Of a stretch of 64,000 nucleotides of DNA, positions 26,373 through 38,874 are shown in pieces. Where the stretch lies: contig OZ038378.1 of NCBI GenBank assembly GCA_964036045.1, forward strand, positions 77,810,001 to 77,874,000, read 5' to 3'. Each line of letters begins with the position of its first letter. Positions within the stretch are counted from its first letter, which is position 1. This DNA is from Eutreptiella sp. 'Long Island Sound 2002'. Taxonomy: Eukaryota > Protista > Euglenida. The notes beneath the pieces were generated by a model. The model was given only the letters and a program-made list of their open reading frames with translations. It had not been told where the DNA came from and searched no databases. The position numbers and the translations under genes were made by a program.

Positions 26373-29300
26373 CTGTCAGGCTGCGACATCGCGTTTCTTG
26401 TCATGGAGTGAAGTGCTGCATGTTCCATATGTGTGGTACACTCCAAATGCTTGATGTATTGCAAAAAGTAGGTTCAAGTGCAGTCCCTCTCAATATGCAT
26501 GCATGGTTGTTGTGTGGCACTCCATTTGATCTGGTTGCATGGGAATACCATTTTTGAAATATCCAAGACTTCATTTCCCCTCACTAGGTGCAAGGGGTGC
26601 CCTACGTGAACAATTCATACCCCCTTTTTGGGTGTATCACCCCTGAGCCAGCATGGCCTTCGTAGCCCAGTGGGGTGGGGGTGGGGGGGTAGTTTGCGTG
26701 GCCTAAGTCTAGTAGCACTTGCCCTGCCCTGTCCCCCCCGTACGTGGATCGCTTGCCCATCATCGAGAACGCGCCAGTTAGTGGGATCCAAAAAATGAAT
26801 ATGCACATAGGACGGTGCCAGCGGGGAGGGGGGGGGAAGGCTTGCACACTTGGTCATCATCTACAGGCCGTGAAGTTTCCTGCGGCGTGCCAAAGCGCCG
26901 CAACTGCCCGCGTGTGCCCGTGTATAAGTGCATATCGAACACGCACCCGCTAGTGGCATTGCCAAAGCAATGCAGCTTGCTGCCTGTCGAGTGCGGCTTG
27001 CGGGCGATGAGCGGTTCACTCCTCTTTCAGCTTGAGAACATCACGCCGGATGTTAGGGCGCTACGTGTCGTAACCCCCGCCGAGCCGGCTTCGAAGCTTA
27101 CCCATAAGTGGATTCTACAGTAACTCATCATGCTCCTAGATGGCGTCTACTTGCATGGGCAGTGCCATGCTGAATAGGTGCATGGGCGGTACCATGCTTG
27201 GTAGGAGTATGAATGCGTTGTACCCACGGAAACGGGAACAACCGCTAGAATTGACTTGGTGGCACGTTCGTTATCGTGGTGCGTTGATTTGCGTGGATAG
27301 GGACACACCTTGGTACGAGGGGACTCAAATGAGACAACTTTGCTTGAGGGTTTCCGTTTGTAATTGCTCCGTTGGCGCCACAATGTGGTCTCAAACAGTC
27401 TCCGTGTACCCTGCTAGAACAGTTTGGCCTAGGTGGACTCCATGTGCAACGTTCGCTGCATACTCCTCCATGGGTAGTGTACCCACACAAAGGTCCGTTG
27501 GAAATGCCTTTCCAAAGAGCAATGTGTTTGCAAAACACACAAAACGTGCATCTCAGCTCCAGAGGCAAGACCGGAGATAGCGGGCAGAACGCGCAACACG
27601 CCCAGCACGCGGAACACCGAGGGCAGAGGCAACACACAGGACACACAGCACACTCGACGCCACCAATAGGGCGGTTGCTGTGATACAAAGCCTATCCACA
27701 TTCAAACCTCCTAAAGGGGTCCCCGCAAGGTAGGCTGCGGACTCTGCCGCCCCCGGGATTCGTCGGGTTTTGGCCATTGGCTTTGGGGGCTTGGGTCCCC
27801 CAGCGGGGAACAATATGCCCCCCCCCCCCCCCAAAGACATCACATTTCGGCCGCAACATTCCGCAACGTCGCCATCATTCATCTGGCCCGCTGGCTCGTT
27901 CTCCACTTTTGGATTCACCTGGGGTTGCTCATCTGTATGGTGGACTCCTATGGCTCCTGTTTGACGTGCACCAGAGCTTGGCACTGAGAAGCAACCTCTA
28001 GAGGTTTGCGGCAATCAAGACGTGTACAATGCGGATGGCGCAAGAACCGCGCATCACGTGCCAGGCCGGATTGTGAAGGCAAGTTAGAACCATACAAGCA
28101 TTACATGCACACAACAGTAACACCACAATGAGCACCTACCCACCTTCGGGACCACCATCGCCCCCGGCCGAGCCTCTGGCGCCCTCTGCGGCCGTGGTGG
28201 GGCCATTTGGGGCGAATTGCAATTGGGATCCTTCAGGGAAGTGTTGCAAAACAGCGAACACATTGGCAATCTCCTCCGGGGGCAATGCGGGGCATGACAT
28301 GCTGGGCGCGCGGGACGTGGGAAGCATGTAACAATTGGACCCAAGGCGCTGCTTGGCCCATTTTCCAAAGTGGCATAGCTGAAGAAGAAGGTGTGTGGGC
28401 GGCTACCAGACCAACTGCACCGTACGTCCACTGTTGCGGCATTCAATGCATGATTTGTCTAGAGCCGTGAGTCACATGTATGTGGACTACCGACCTCGTG
28501 TGCCTGTTGTGTTGCACTTTGTGGCTCGCTGCTGCGCTGCCACAGGATCCACACGAGTCGCCCCATAAGGTAATGAAGTCCAACTATGACGAGCCCGTTG
28601 CAGGCATGGGAAATAGTGGCCCCGGTGCTGTGGAGCAGCAGCAGCTTACTCTCTAGAGTGTTTTCGGTGTTCGGTGTGTTCTCCACACGTGCTTTTCGCG
28701 CTCCTCAAGAGGTCGAAATGTGGTGGAGGGCCATGCGGAGGAGGTGGGGGGCTGCACGGCAATGGCGGATAAGGGGGCCACCGTGGTTCGCGGGGGGATG
28801 GGGGGTGGGGGCTGTTTCGGAGGGTAGGTGTCTTGGCAGGGGTATTGCGGTTGCGGTGGCGATGGCGGGGGGGGGGGGGGGGTGCCTACTCGGCTGACTA
28901 GGGTGCCAATCCCAATTAGTGGTCTATAGAACGTGTAGCACGGTGCGGCCACCTCCAGAACCATCGGGTGAAAGCATACATGCAAGACGAGTACAATGCA
29001 ACCAACGGAACACGGGACCACCAGAGGCAGAACAGAGGCACACCCCCAACAACACACGGGGCCGAAAATCACACAAATACCCGCGCTCTCTTCGTGACGA
29101 GCTCCCAGGTGCGTACAATGGAACATGCTCCAGTCTCCGGGATGTCCTGCCCCGTTCTTTGTGCAGTGTGTAGGCCATGAGACCCGCCATTTGGACATAA
29201 CATACCAACTTGTCCTGCAAAACACACAAAACGCGGTTTTCTCCTTTGAAGGCAAACCAGAAGCGGTAAAACGAGGGCGTGCAAGACACGCAAAACGCGC

Positions 29301-29843
29301 ATCGCGCGCAGCGCCACAACCCACAAGCACAGCAAAACCCGTGCAAAAACACCCGTAGAACACGTCCATGTCCACGATGTCTTCAATGCCCATTGCACAA
29401 ATCACATCCGACCTCCCACCCTCCCATCCACCTCGCAGGCCCTCCGTCTTCAACTTTGCTAGATGGATACCATATGCAGGCTGGCTCAGGTTGAACGGCC
29501 ACTCCAGCGCGGTGGCACATCCCGTACAAACTTGATCGCCCTTCAACGAACCCTCCGCCACTTGACAAGGGCTACTGAACCGATGCCGTTTCTCAAAATG
29601 CTCTTGGGGTGCCGCGGCAGACTCAGCATTCTTGGTTCCCTATCTCAACACGCTCTGCACGCTCGGCGCCGCGGAGCGCCGAGAAGAGGAGATGTCTCAC
29701 GAGCATACTTTTGAGTGCCCCAAGGTTGTTTTGCGCGGGTTGTGTGTCGCTTTCCATGGTGATTTTGCCGTGTCTCATACGTGTTCTACCGTGCATCTAC
29801 CGTGCTACATGTGCTGCGCGGTTTGCACATTTAATAGAACCGT

Positions 29844-30362
29844 TTGTGGATGTGGGTGGAGGGTGAGGAGGAGGAGGATGAGGAGGAGGAGGAGGAGGAG
29901 GATGAGGAGCTAGAGCAGGACGAAAGAGAGGACGAGCGGAGCCCGCCCAAGGTGCCGCCGAAGAAGGCCGACATGGAGGTAGCGAAGAAAAAGAAGGACA
30001 AGGGCAAGGGGGTGCCACCTTGTGGTTACGTGTCCTTTGCGGTTTCCGGGAAGGGCCCGCACATAAGTCTCCACGCCGCATCGACAAGAGGGGAGAAATG
30101 CCATTCCAAAGGTGGGTATGACCACAATCTAGACATGATGCAAAGGATCCTGGAGATGCACTTCAACATCAACCTGGGGAGATTGGTGATGCATTACAAG
30201 GATTGCCCATCCGAGGAACCGAAGTCAAGGCAAGAGATCCGTTTCGCTGTTTTGTTACACACCGGCACCAAAGCCCCGAACCTTCTTCCGATTTACCTAG
30301 ACAGCGTGCCGACCGGCTGTGAAAAGACACACAGTGGCAAAGCCCTGGAAGCAATGAAATAG
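29844..30362 (+). CDS. Hypothetical ORF with an acidic tract and a Lys-rich, NLS-like segment
   Basis: Open 172-aa frame: poly-E/D, then KVPPKK...AKKKKDKGKG, then globular-looking sequence. No domain recognised; probably part of a repeat element. Confidence 0.3.
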   Translation: MWMWVEGEEEEDEEEEEEEDEELEQDEREDERSPPKVPPKKADMEVAKKKKDKGKGVPPCGYVSFAVSGKGPHISLHAASTRGEKCHSKGGYDHNLDMMQRILEMHFNINLGRLVMHYKDCPSEEPKSRQEIRFAVLLHTGTKAPNLLPIYLDSVPTGCEKTHSGKALEAMK

Positions 30363-33291
30363 TGAAACCGAGATGGGACGCATCGTCAGGCGCCGAAACA
30401 TGCACAAAACCCCCACTGCACCCCATCGCACAATCGCATGCATGTCTGCTGTTGATCTAGAAAACGATGAACCCGTTGTGCTTCAGTGTGGCCGCGTTCC
30501 CCCAGCTCCCCAAGTGTCCCCCATTCGCAAGCCACTACTTGTGACTGATGGGGAAGAGGGGTGCGGGCATAAACAAAGGACTTCAGCACAGGAAAACACG
30601 TAGCTCGCGCAAAACGTGGTTTCTAGCATCCAGAGGCGAGTCCAATAGCGGATTGTGGAGACGCGCTGCACGCGGAACACGCTGTGCATGAATGCACGAT
30701 GCGGAAATTTTGGGTTCCAGGGGCGGATCTAGACCTTAACGCCTAGAACGCGCTCCACACCGAAGACACACGGCACACAAAGCAGGAAAGACATGGGTTG
30801 TTGCCTCACATGGAAAACGGTGGAAATGAACAAAATTGATGCTTCCATGACGTTCGGCACGTTTGAACACCCTCCAGAACAATACAACCTTGTTTTTCGT
30901 AATTTTTGGCCAGAAAAACATCAATTCCTTTCTGCGCGTTTTAGACAATGGAATAGTGGGGTAGATCTTGCAACCTTGGATGAAGGACCTACGAGCGAGT
31001 CATTGGTTACGGGGTCCACACAAAAGAAAAAAAGTGCCATGGACTAGGGTCCAAATCAACACACAATGACGGCTATAGGCCAACCAAGTTTTGCCCACCG
31101 GGGTGCAATCGGACAAAAAAACACCGCTTTTGGCGGCCAATAGGCACCACTAGGAGGGCCCACTTGGTGCTACATGGCGGGTCCCCATTTGGTGACATTG
31201 CAAGTAGGTATGAACCCATGGTCAGCCATGTCGCACCAAGTAGCCCCTCCGATGGCAACCTAAAGACAGGGCCCGGGGTTGCTATCGTTGGTCATCCGCA
31301 AAACTTTGTTGGCCTATAGCCGCCACTTTACATTGATTCAGAGCCACGTCAACGGCAACTTGTTTCCTTCTATATGGGGCCTCTAGACAATGACGGGGTT
31401 CCACGCCCTATCCCCACCGTTCCAAGATCAACTACCCAATGGGGCCCTACGAGTGAGGACTCGGCCATTTTAATTCTTCCGAAGGGCATGATGAAAAAAT
31501 CCATGTTTTTTCCTTCATGTCAGCGGTTGCCAAGAAATCACGATTCCTCAACCAACACATGCCGGCCTAAAAACATCTTGGCAACATGAAGACACCACCA
31601 GGGGCTGAATATCCAACTAAAAAAGTGCCAGGGTCCAAATCCATTTGCACCAGGGTCCAAATGTCAAGTGATGCGAACAAATGTAGTTTTGCGGTTGTGG
31701 TGATGGGGCAGACATAGCAATAGTCTGAGGCTTGCAAACCCGCTCCCCATATTGTGTGAGGGTAGATGTCATGTCCTCTCTGAAAGTTGATGAATCAGGC
31801 AACCCACGGCGTGCCCAGTGCTGACCGCCACTATTTTATGCCAACCAAAGGACATTCTGTCCGGCATTAGCTCTGTAATGGCTATATTGTACCCATTAAT
31901 GAGTCAGAACTAGTCCCAAGTTGTTGCATTTGAGAGCTTCGTTTCTGAAGTTTTTATCGGTGTCGGCTGTAGGACTGTGGAAGGGAGGGGCTAGGGTGTG
32001 CATAAGAAAAAGTAGCAAGGTCAAGCAAGAGATGACGCACACTGGCGGCAAAGACTGGCCAACTTTTGCCCCCTTCACTACAAACGGGCTTGAAACTATG
32101 AGGGCCCAACAACTGCCCATGCAGAATTCTTCGGAGGTCACCAGAAGGTCGCACCGCGGTGAGCAAAACTTGGTTCGCCTACAGCCGCCACTTTGCGTCA
32201 ACATAGACCCTGATCTAGAGCACCTTTTTTCTTCTAAATGGAGCCCCTACCAAATGACAGCAGTTCCATGATCTATCTCTAGGTTTCCAAGACCCACACC
32301 CCTGTGGGGCCCCACGTTGTGAAGACATAGACATTTTCGACCCGGCATGGGTTGCTTGGAAAATCACTTCCTAGTGGTGCCATTTGCAGCCTGTGGAGGT
32401 GGGGATAACTATGTTGTTGGAGCTGGATTTACCCTATCGATGTTTTACAACCCTACTTGGGCTCAGGGTGAGCAACACATTGTAGCAGCAGCAGCAGCAG
32501 CAGCAGCAAGCAAGCAAACAGCAGCAAGCAAGCGGTTAAGAAGTCTTTTTTGCCCACTCCGTGGCTCAAAACCAGCATCCAAGTAGCTCAAAACGACCGC
32601 AGAGCAAATGCGCATCATTTGCAACAAATTTTATGCAATTTCAAGCCGTCTAGCCTGCTCTGTGGCCAATTTAGTGTTGAAACATGACTGTTTTCAGCCC
32701 ATTTCGGGGCAGTTTTCAGGAACATCATCCTGAAAGTTCAGGACGATCACCAGTGTGCCAATCAAGTGCCTCCAATGCAGCAATGACGTCTACCACCCTG
32801 CTCAGTCCTAGTACAAGTCTTGATTATTTAAGGGGCTACAGTTCCTTCTTACCATAATGTCGCATGTTGGCTTTCCCCCACAGTGCTGTTTCTAATCAGC
32901 ACGAGGACCACCGGGCCTAAAAAAAAAAAGAAGCACAGACACAAACAGGCAAGCAGGTGAAAACCCCCATTCAGTATTTCATTGTGTTGCTCGTTCCTGA
33001 TGTCAGGCATAATGTATACCTGACGTGTTCTGCGTTGCCACTGAGGCTATTACGTACAAAGAAATGCCATGTGTTGTTGTGTCATGCCTGATCAGCCCAT
33101 CTCTCATTTGCTGCCTATTTCACCATTCATTTCACCAAGTCATACATACTTGACTGCGCAGTTCGCCAGTTCAGTGTGTGTTCTCTGAGTGAAGCTTTCA
33201 TACCGGCACAAAATGACTGGGTTGGGCCCATTTCACTGCAGCTATGCAACAATTGGGCACAGCAGAATAGACACACTCACAACTGCTACAG

Positions 33292-33314
33292 ACACGGAGC
33301 TGAAGATTGCACAG
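33292..33314 (+). CDS. Putative short MAP2K exon encoding (H/D)TELKIA(H), immediately before HRD
   Basis: ctgctacag|ACACGGAGCTGAAGATTGCACAG|gttgcc; TELKI fits MAP2K subdomain VIa (YLH-x4-I-x-HRD). Canonical splicing to the next exon is out of frame (see findings). Confidence 0.45.
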
Positions 33315-33355
33315 GTTGCCCCCTCTCTGCTGACTCTCCTCCTATTTTGTTGCAG

Positions 33356-33411
33356 GGACGTCAAGCCCAGTAATCTGTTGTTTGCTCGCAATGGGAGTAT
33401 CAAGATTACAG
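33356..33411 (+). CDS. MAP kinase kinase (STE7 family) exon: catalytic loop RDVKPSNLLFARNGSIKIT
   Basis: tgcag|G GAC GTC AAG CCC AGT AAT...ATT ACA G|gtatat; HRDxKPxN motif; phase matches the next exon. Confidence 0.93.
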
Positions 33412-33913
33412 GTATATTGTCGCTCTGCAGCACCTGCCATGCTGCTGCCCCAAATCCCCCCCGCTTGCATTTTGCCTTTGTGGTATTCTGCCTGCTGCTC
33501 AATACTTTTGACAGCCCCTCCCCTTCCTCCATCTTTGTTTCCAATCATCTGAGTCTCAGGCATAGGTCACTGTGCTGGCTGGGTCCAGAGGAGGCCGAAG
33601 CCTTTGCCCAAAGCCGTTAACCCAAACCATTTGCTCCCCTGTGCCTTGACAGTCCGGGTTTCCCTGACAAATAAATACAAGGCAATAGTCCCTGCAGCCC
33701 TTCCTTTGGTGTACCCTACAATTCTTTGACTTGGCCCAGGAACCCACACAACATGTAAATGTTGCCACTCTGTGGCTCGGAGATCCGGTTACACCCATGC
33801 ACTGCGGGCCCCGAGGGAAAGCCTCTGTGGAAGGCTGGCACGCCTGATAGGGCGCTGTGGTTCTGGAGATTTAGCAGAGTGCCTTCAGTCACACTATGCA
33901 TCTTTTGCTGCAG

Positions 33914-33970
33914 ATTTTGGAATTAGTGCGGCGCTTCAAGGGACTCAGTTCCATGCCCGAAGTTTTGTGG
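33914..33970 (+). CDS. MAP2K exon: DFGISAALQGTQFHARSFVG (activation loop)
   Basis: gctgcag|AT TTT GGA...TTT GTG G|gtctgc; the split codon G|AT completes DFG; T-x5-S activation motif. Confidence 0.93.
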
Positions 33971-36900
33971 GTCTGCCTCCCTTTGTTTTGTGCATGTTTT
34001 ATGCATCTGCTTCTGTTGGATTGTTGCACTCGAATCTTCCCACAGTACTCAGTACGAGTCAATCGGCCAGTGAATGTTTGTCTCATATGACAGTGGCCCA
34101 ATCCTGAAGCAGAGGCGGGTGCCTGCAGCGTGTCGGAGTGGTTGGAATTCAATTTGCTGCTGGACTGCTGCAGATTCATTCTGACAGGGCCAACAGTTGC
34201 CAATTCCTTGACAAAATTGGGCAAGGGACAGTGTTGGTGTTGGCATGTTAAACAAGGGGGATGGGTGGGAGGTTGGGGGTAACCTCTTTACGGTCTTGAG
34301 TGCATTCACTAAAGAGGTTGTCCAGTTGCTTTGTTGTTTCTTCTTGTTGATTGTAAGGCAGTTGTCAGAGCCTGTGGACCCTGGGATGACAGGCAGTCAG
34401 AGTAGCGGGCAGTTGGGAGGGCAGTGAAGATGTGGGGAACACAGGTGTGAGTCAGATCGACAGCAGGTAGGATTGGGCTTGGTGGAATGGGTATTTGTAT
34501 GGAGGCAGCTGGGGGTGAGGGTGGGTTTGGGGGTGCAGTTGGCCGTGGGGCAGGTGGGAAATGTCCTTGGTCCAGCCAGAGATGGGGTGGCAGTGTGTCC
34601 TTGAGCACAATACCCAGTTGGTGATAGGGATTGTCGCAGAGTGGGCCCTTGGTGAGGGTGCATTGCTTGGGGATCGCATCACTCCCGCCCAACTCCTCGC
34701 AAAAATGCTTCAATGGCTCCCCACTGCATAGCTTTGGCGTTGCCAAGAATTGGCTCTCCCCACTGTGGTGTGTCTTCTGATGGATTATTTTGATCCTGCA
34801 GTGGCCTCCATCCTATGCATTTGTAGCCACACCTAATCGCGCTACGCCTATTGCACCAGCTTCCATGAAGCCCTTGCAAAGGCCGCACCTTCCCTCTGAG
34901 CAATCCCCAACAAGCTAATACAACCGACTCCAATGCTCTTCTGGAGTTTTTGATATTGGTGAAGGGTAGGTATGCACAAGACCAAACATACAGCAGGTGA
35001 TTGCGCAAATGGGGAAGTTCCCTTGTGCTGGTGTGGATGCAATGGTTGATAAAACTTTGAATTTGGGCATTGTCTTGAACCTATGCGAAGGGGAGGGGCA
35101 GTGCACCGGTTTTTGCTGAATGAATTGCTGAGTTGCATGTTGAAATGCAAGCCAAAGTAGCATGTAGCATGTCGTGGACGAGGCTGCAGCCAACACCATG
35201 ATTTGTGAGTGTTTGAAGGCAGCTTGTAAGCCAGTCCTGCCGAATGGCACAAGAAGTAGGAAAACTGGAAGCTGGAAGAAACTGAGTAATGAACGTGTTC
35301 CAAATTGGCAAGAAACATGGTGCAAAGCGATCAAATGGTTTTGGATTTCCCCCCAAATATCACAAAACAATTTTTGTAATAGTAATGAAGGGTAGACCGG
35401 GTCTAGATTCTTGAGGTATTGCTCCTTCCTGGAGGTTTGCATTGATGAATTGCGCTATGGTGTGGGACATTTCAACCCAGAAAATCCATATAACCACACT
35501 TGAACATTGTTGTTCATGGGTTTGATCTGGATGATGTTTCTACAATTAGGTAGGCCCCTGGAATAGCCATGCAGTACCTCAAAATCGAGGCTATCCAGGT
35601 TCCAGAAATGCGCAGACCCATGCCAGTGGTGGCCGGCACTAAGGGCCTGTGGTAGGTACACACATACACACATATTGGGAGGAGGAGCAGGATGGGGCAC
35701 AGAACCATGGAGCAAACCTCCACCCCTGAGAACTGTCGTGGGCCTGAGCGCTCCAAGGGAATCTGCTCCTCGTGGGTCAATACCTAATCCCCCATTGAAC
35801 AAACTAGGGGCTTAGAGGGGGGGTCTGGATCAGGTGTAGGTCAGATATGGCTGCCCGGGAAGGTGGAGAGGGGGTGATCCATAAAGGTGGACTGGGTTCG
35901 CTGATTGGTACCTCCTGCTTACAGCATTTGGTTGTGTTTTGTGCAGGTGTGGCCCAAAGCTGCAGGTGTCTGATATTTGGCAGTACAGTGTTTGCCGCCA
36001 TTCATCCAGTCTCAATTTTTTTCTTGCCAGACCAGACCTGCAGGCACACATTGGAGCGTGCTGCTAGCGTCATATATCAGCTTGCTCCCGACATGGGTCT
36101 ATGGGTAAGCAGCCAAGATTACCTCAGTAACCTTATGCCAGGCAGTTTGTAACAGGGTCTAAGGCTCTCCTCATCAATGGCCTGGACACCTGAACTCCCT
36201 GGGACAGACCAAAAGGCATTTGTTGAGGGTTAGCCACAGATTCTGAGGTACACAAATTGTTGTGATTGGGAAAAATGCACAAATATCCAGAAACATTCAA
36301 AGTGCTTGAAAAATAACCTTTTAGCAAAGTTGGCAACAGCCAAAAGGTGACATCCCTCCCTATGGCACACAAACATGCACAACACAATTTGTGGACATTT
36401 TTCGGCAACATCTTCATCCCTCCGCAGCACTGTTGCCAAGAATTGCCATAGCAGTGGCCCTGAATGCAAGGATCATCTTTAGCTGGTGTTTGGCAGTAAT
36501 GAGCCCTGTCAAGCTGAAAAGACGCTCCACAACAGCTGTGGTATTTGGGGCATGACTGCATCTCACATCAATGACCCACGAGCTTGGCAAAATATATCAA
36601 TGCCATGATGCTTGTCTACATCATGTCTCTCTCGCCATGTTTCCTCTGGACATGGCCATTTTTGTGGGGTTGGGTGGCGGCTGATCCATCCTCAAAACGG
36701 GATTTCGTTTTTTTGTCGGAATTGCTCGAATTGTTGTCACCTAGGGGGGGGGGGTGTTTTTCTTTTTTGAAATCTCCAAGAAAAGTGCGATCCGGAGCCA
36801 TGTGCAAAGTGGCTCCCCTCAACTCACTAGTATCGCTCAAATCACCTCGAAGATGGTTGATAGAACAAGCACAGGTGTGGGCGCCACATACCCCCCATTT

Positions 36901-37079
36901 TGGGAGTCATTTGTGTAGCATACTCCAAGGGTATGGTATCGGATGGCTAACCCTTTCTAAAACCATCATTTTGGGTTACAAAATGATCTTCCAATGAATT
37001 GCACTTGCCTTCAGCAAGTCTACCTCGCAAAGAATCTTCTTTTTGCAATGATCAGCTAAATAGGGTGATGAACACATCT

Positions 37080-37620
37080 ATATAGTCGCTAAAACATGCT
37101 TTCCATAGCTGGGGTGGTCATTGTGAGTGGTCGCGATATCGGAAACATAAGTTTTGGAAAGTTTGATTTTTGCGCTGCCCATAGTGAAAAATTGCAGAAG
37201 CGGGTTGTGTACCAATCCCTTGGGGACCCCCCCCCCCCCCACCAAATATCCAAATATGGTGAAAAACACATGAATGCCGCCTAAATCATGCTTTACATAG
37301 CCTGGATGGTCAATGTGAGTGGTCAAGATATCAACAGAATAAGTTTCGGACACTTGGATTTTTGAGCTTCCTAGGGTGAAAAACTGCATAAGTAGGCTGT
37401 GTACCAATCCTTTGGGAGACTTTCCCCGCACAAAATACCCAAACAGGGTAAAAATAAGCATGAATACTTCCTAAGACATGCTTTGCATTGCCTGGCTGGT
37501 CATTGTGAGTGGTCACGAGATCAAACAAGTTTCGGAAATTCGATTTTTTTAGCTGCCTCGGGCGAAAGACTTTTTTAGCTGCCCCGGGCGAAAGACTTCA
37601 AATGCAGGTTGTATACCAGC
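37080..37620 (+). repeat. Tandem repeat of about 190 bp, about 2.5 copies
   Basis: catgcttt.cat.gc..gg.tggtca.tgtgagtggtc..ga.atc near 37097, 37287 and 37478. Confidence 0.85.
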
Positions 37621-37759
37621 CCATGCACAGTTGTAAGCCATTATTGGTGGAAACGGTGATTTCTCGGATTTCACATGGGCCTTGACCGGCCATAGCCAAC
37701 ACTAGAGACTGCAAAAAATTTCCCTTTGTATCCCAGTAGGCGTATGTTGTTGCAAAATC

Positions 37760-38160
37760 CCCACTTGTACCCCTTTGAGTCGGTACCACAGGGTTGGTAA
37801 GGTCACCAAAAACACCGACATAGCAAAGCCAACTACAATGTGCACGAACTTCAGTAGTCCCTCCCACTCTGCTCCACACAAATCCAATGGAGTCGGGACT
37901 AGAAAACACCTTTTCCGCTTAAAACCGAAAAAGCCAAAAAATTTCATGATTTTTCACCCCCCAAAAAAAAGCCACACCCACCCACCGTCACCTGAATACA
38001 GTGGGTTTCAAGTGGGGGGGGGAGACCTGTGGGGTCCGGACCAAAAAAATATTGCAGGATGTGTTTATTGGACAAGATAATGATTTTGCGAGCGGTGAAA
38101 CACAAAATTCAACCCATTGCGGTCGGGTACTTGAATAGGCCCCAAAAGGGGTGTATGTGG
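37760..38160 (+). repeat. Direct repeat, left copy (right copy at about 42180-42780)
   Basis: Shared taaggtc.cc.aaaa..ccgacatagcaaa, cccactc.gctccacacaaa.c..atggagt.ggga, gtttcaagtgg.ggggg and ttggacaa.ataatgattt. Confidence 0.8.
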
Positions 38161-38874
38161 TGTTTTCCCCTATTCTTGAGGCAGGGATTATGCAAGCTAG
38201 AATTTTTAAATTTGAATTCTGCAAGAAATTCCCTGTATGTAGGCGTGCTTGGCTTTGATCTAACAACCTCAACAAGGTGAATTTTCGATTTTGACCCCCC
38301 TACCCCCATACCTAGGTACCCGATCTTTTGAGGCTTGGTGTGCGTTGGGGTGGGGTCAAATGTCTAACGTGCATGGTGGGCACCGTGCATTGATTCGGAC
38401 CTATGTGCTATCACATGTAGACTAGGCTAGCACACAATATAGTTGTACCATGCGGTGCGTTGATGGTATTTCCTACCGTTTTTTCCTTGTCGGGTATATT
38501 TGGGTGCCATTTAGCATGGCAGAACGTTGTTGCTGTCCGGCATGCCCCTTTTTCAAAACTGATAGCGTCACCACTGCCCACGCATGTTTCCCTCTCTTAC
38601 CTGGGCATTGAAAGAAAAATGCAATCACCCTCCCCCCGAAGCCCCACAAGGTGGCGACACACTAACTACGTCTTTATTTTTGACTCTTTTTTGGCGGGCC
38701 ACCGCCCCACCACCGCCTTCCGCGAAAACTGAATCCGTGGAGTCCCGGCAGCGCGACTAACCCCTGGGACGCCGGTGGGGCTGAGCGACACGCAGATTAA
38801 GGTGGCGTGTCCGGGGCATGGTCGACAGCCGCTTTTTGAAAAAACATAGTTTGACCAAGACCGCGCACCTCGTT

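Noticed and set aside
26900-29560. Cys-rich - strand ORFs as zinc-finger proteins
   Set aside because: The Cys content comes from TG-rich low-complexity tracts that look like intron 3' ends (gtgtgttttgcag), and there is no consistent ligand spacing.
32820-32850. LFKGLQFL as the exon preceding HTELKI in the MAP2K
   Set aside because: It is an attractive match but has no GT donor, and the DNA resembles the gtcttgttatttaagggg repeat seen at 39.1-39.5 kb. It cannot be excluded if the intron is non-canonical.
34309-36561. Long - strand frames inside the MAP2K intron (IHQKTHHSGE zinc-finger-like; GLSQG RT-like)
   Set aside because: These are isolated short resemblances with no supporting neighbouring motifs; left as unidentified decayed sequence.
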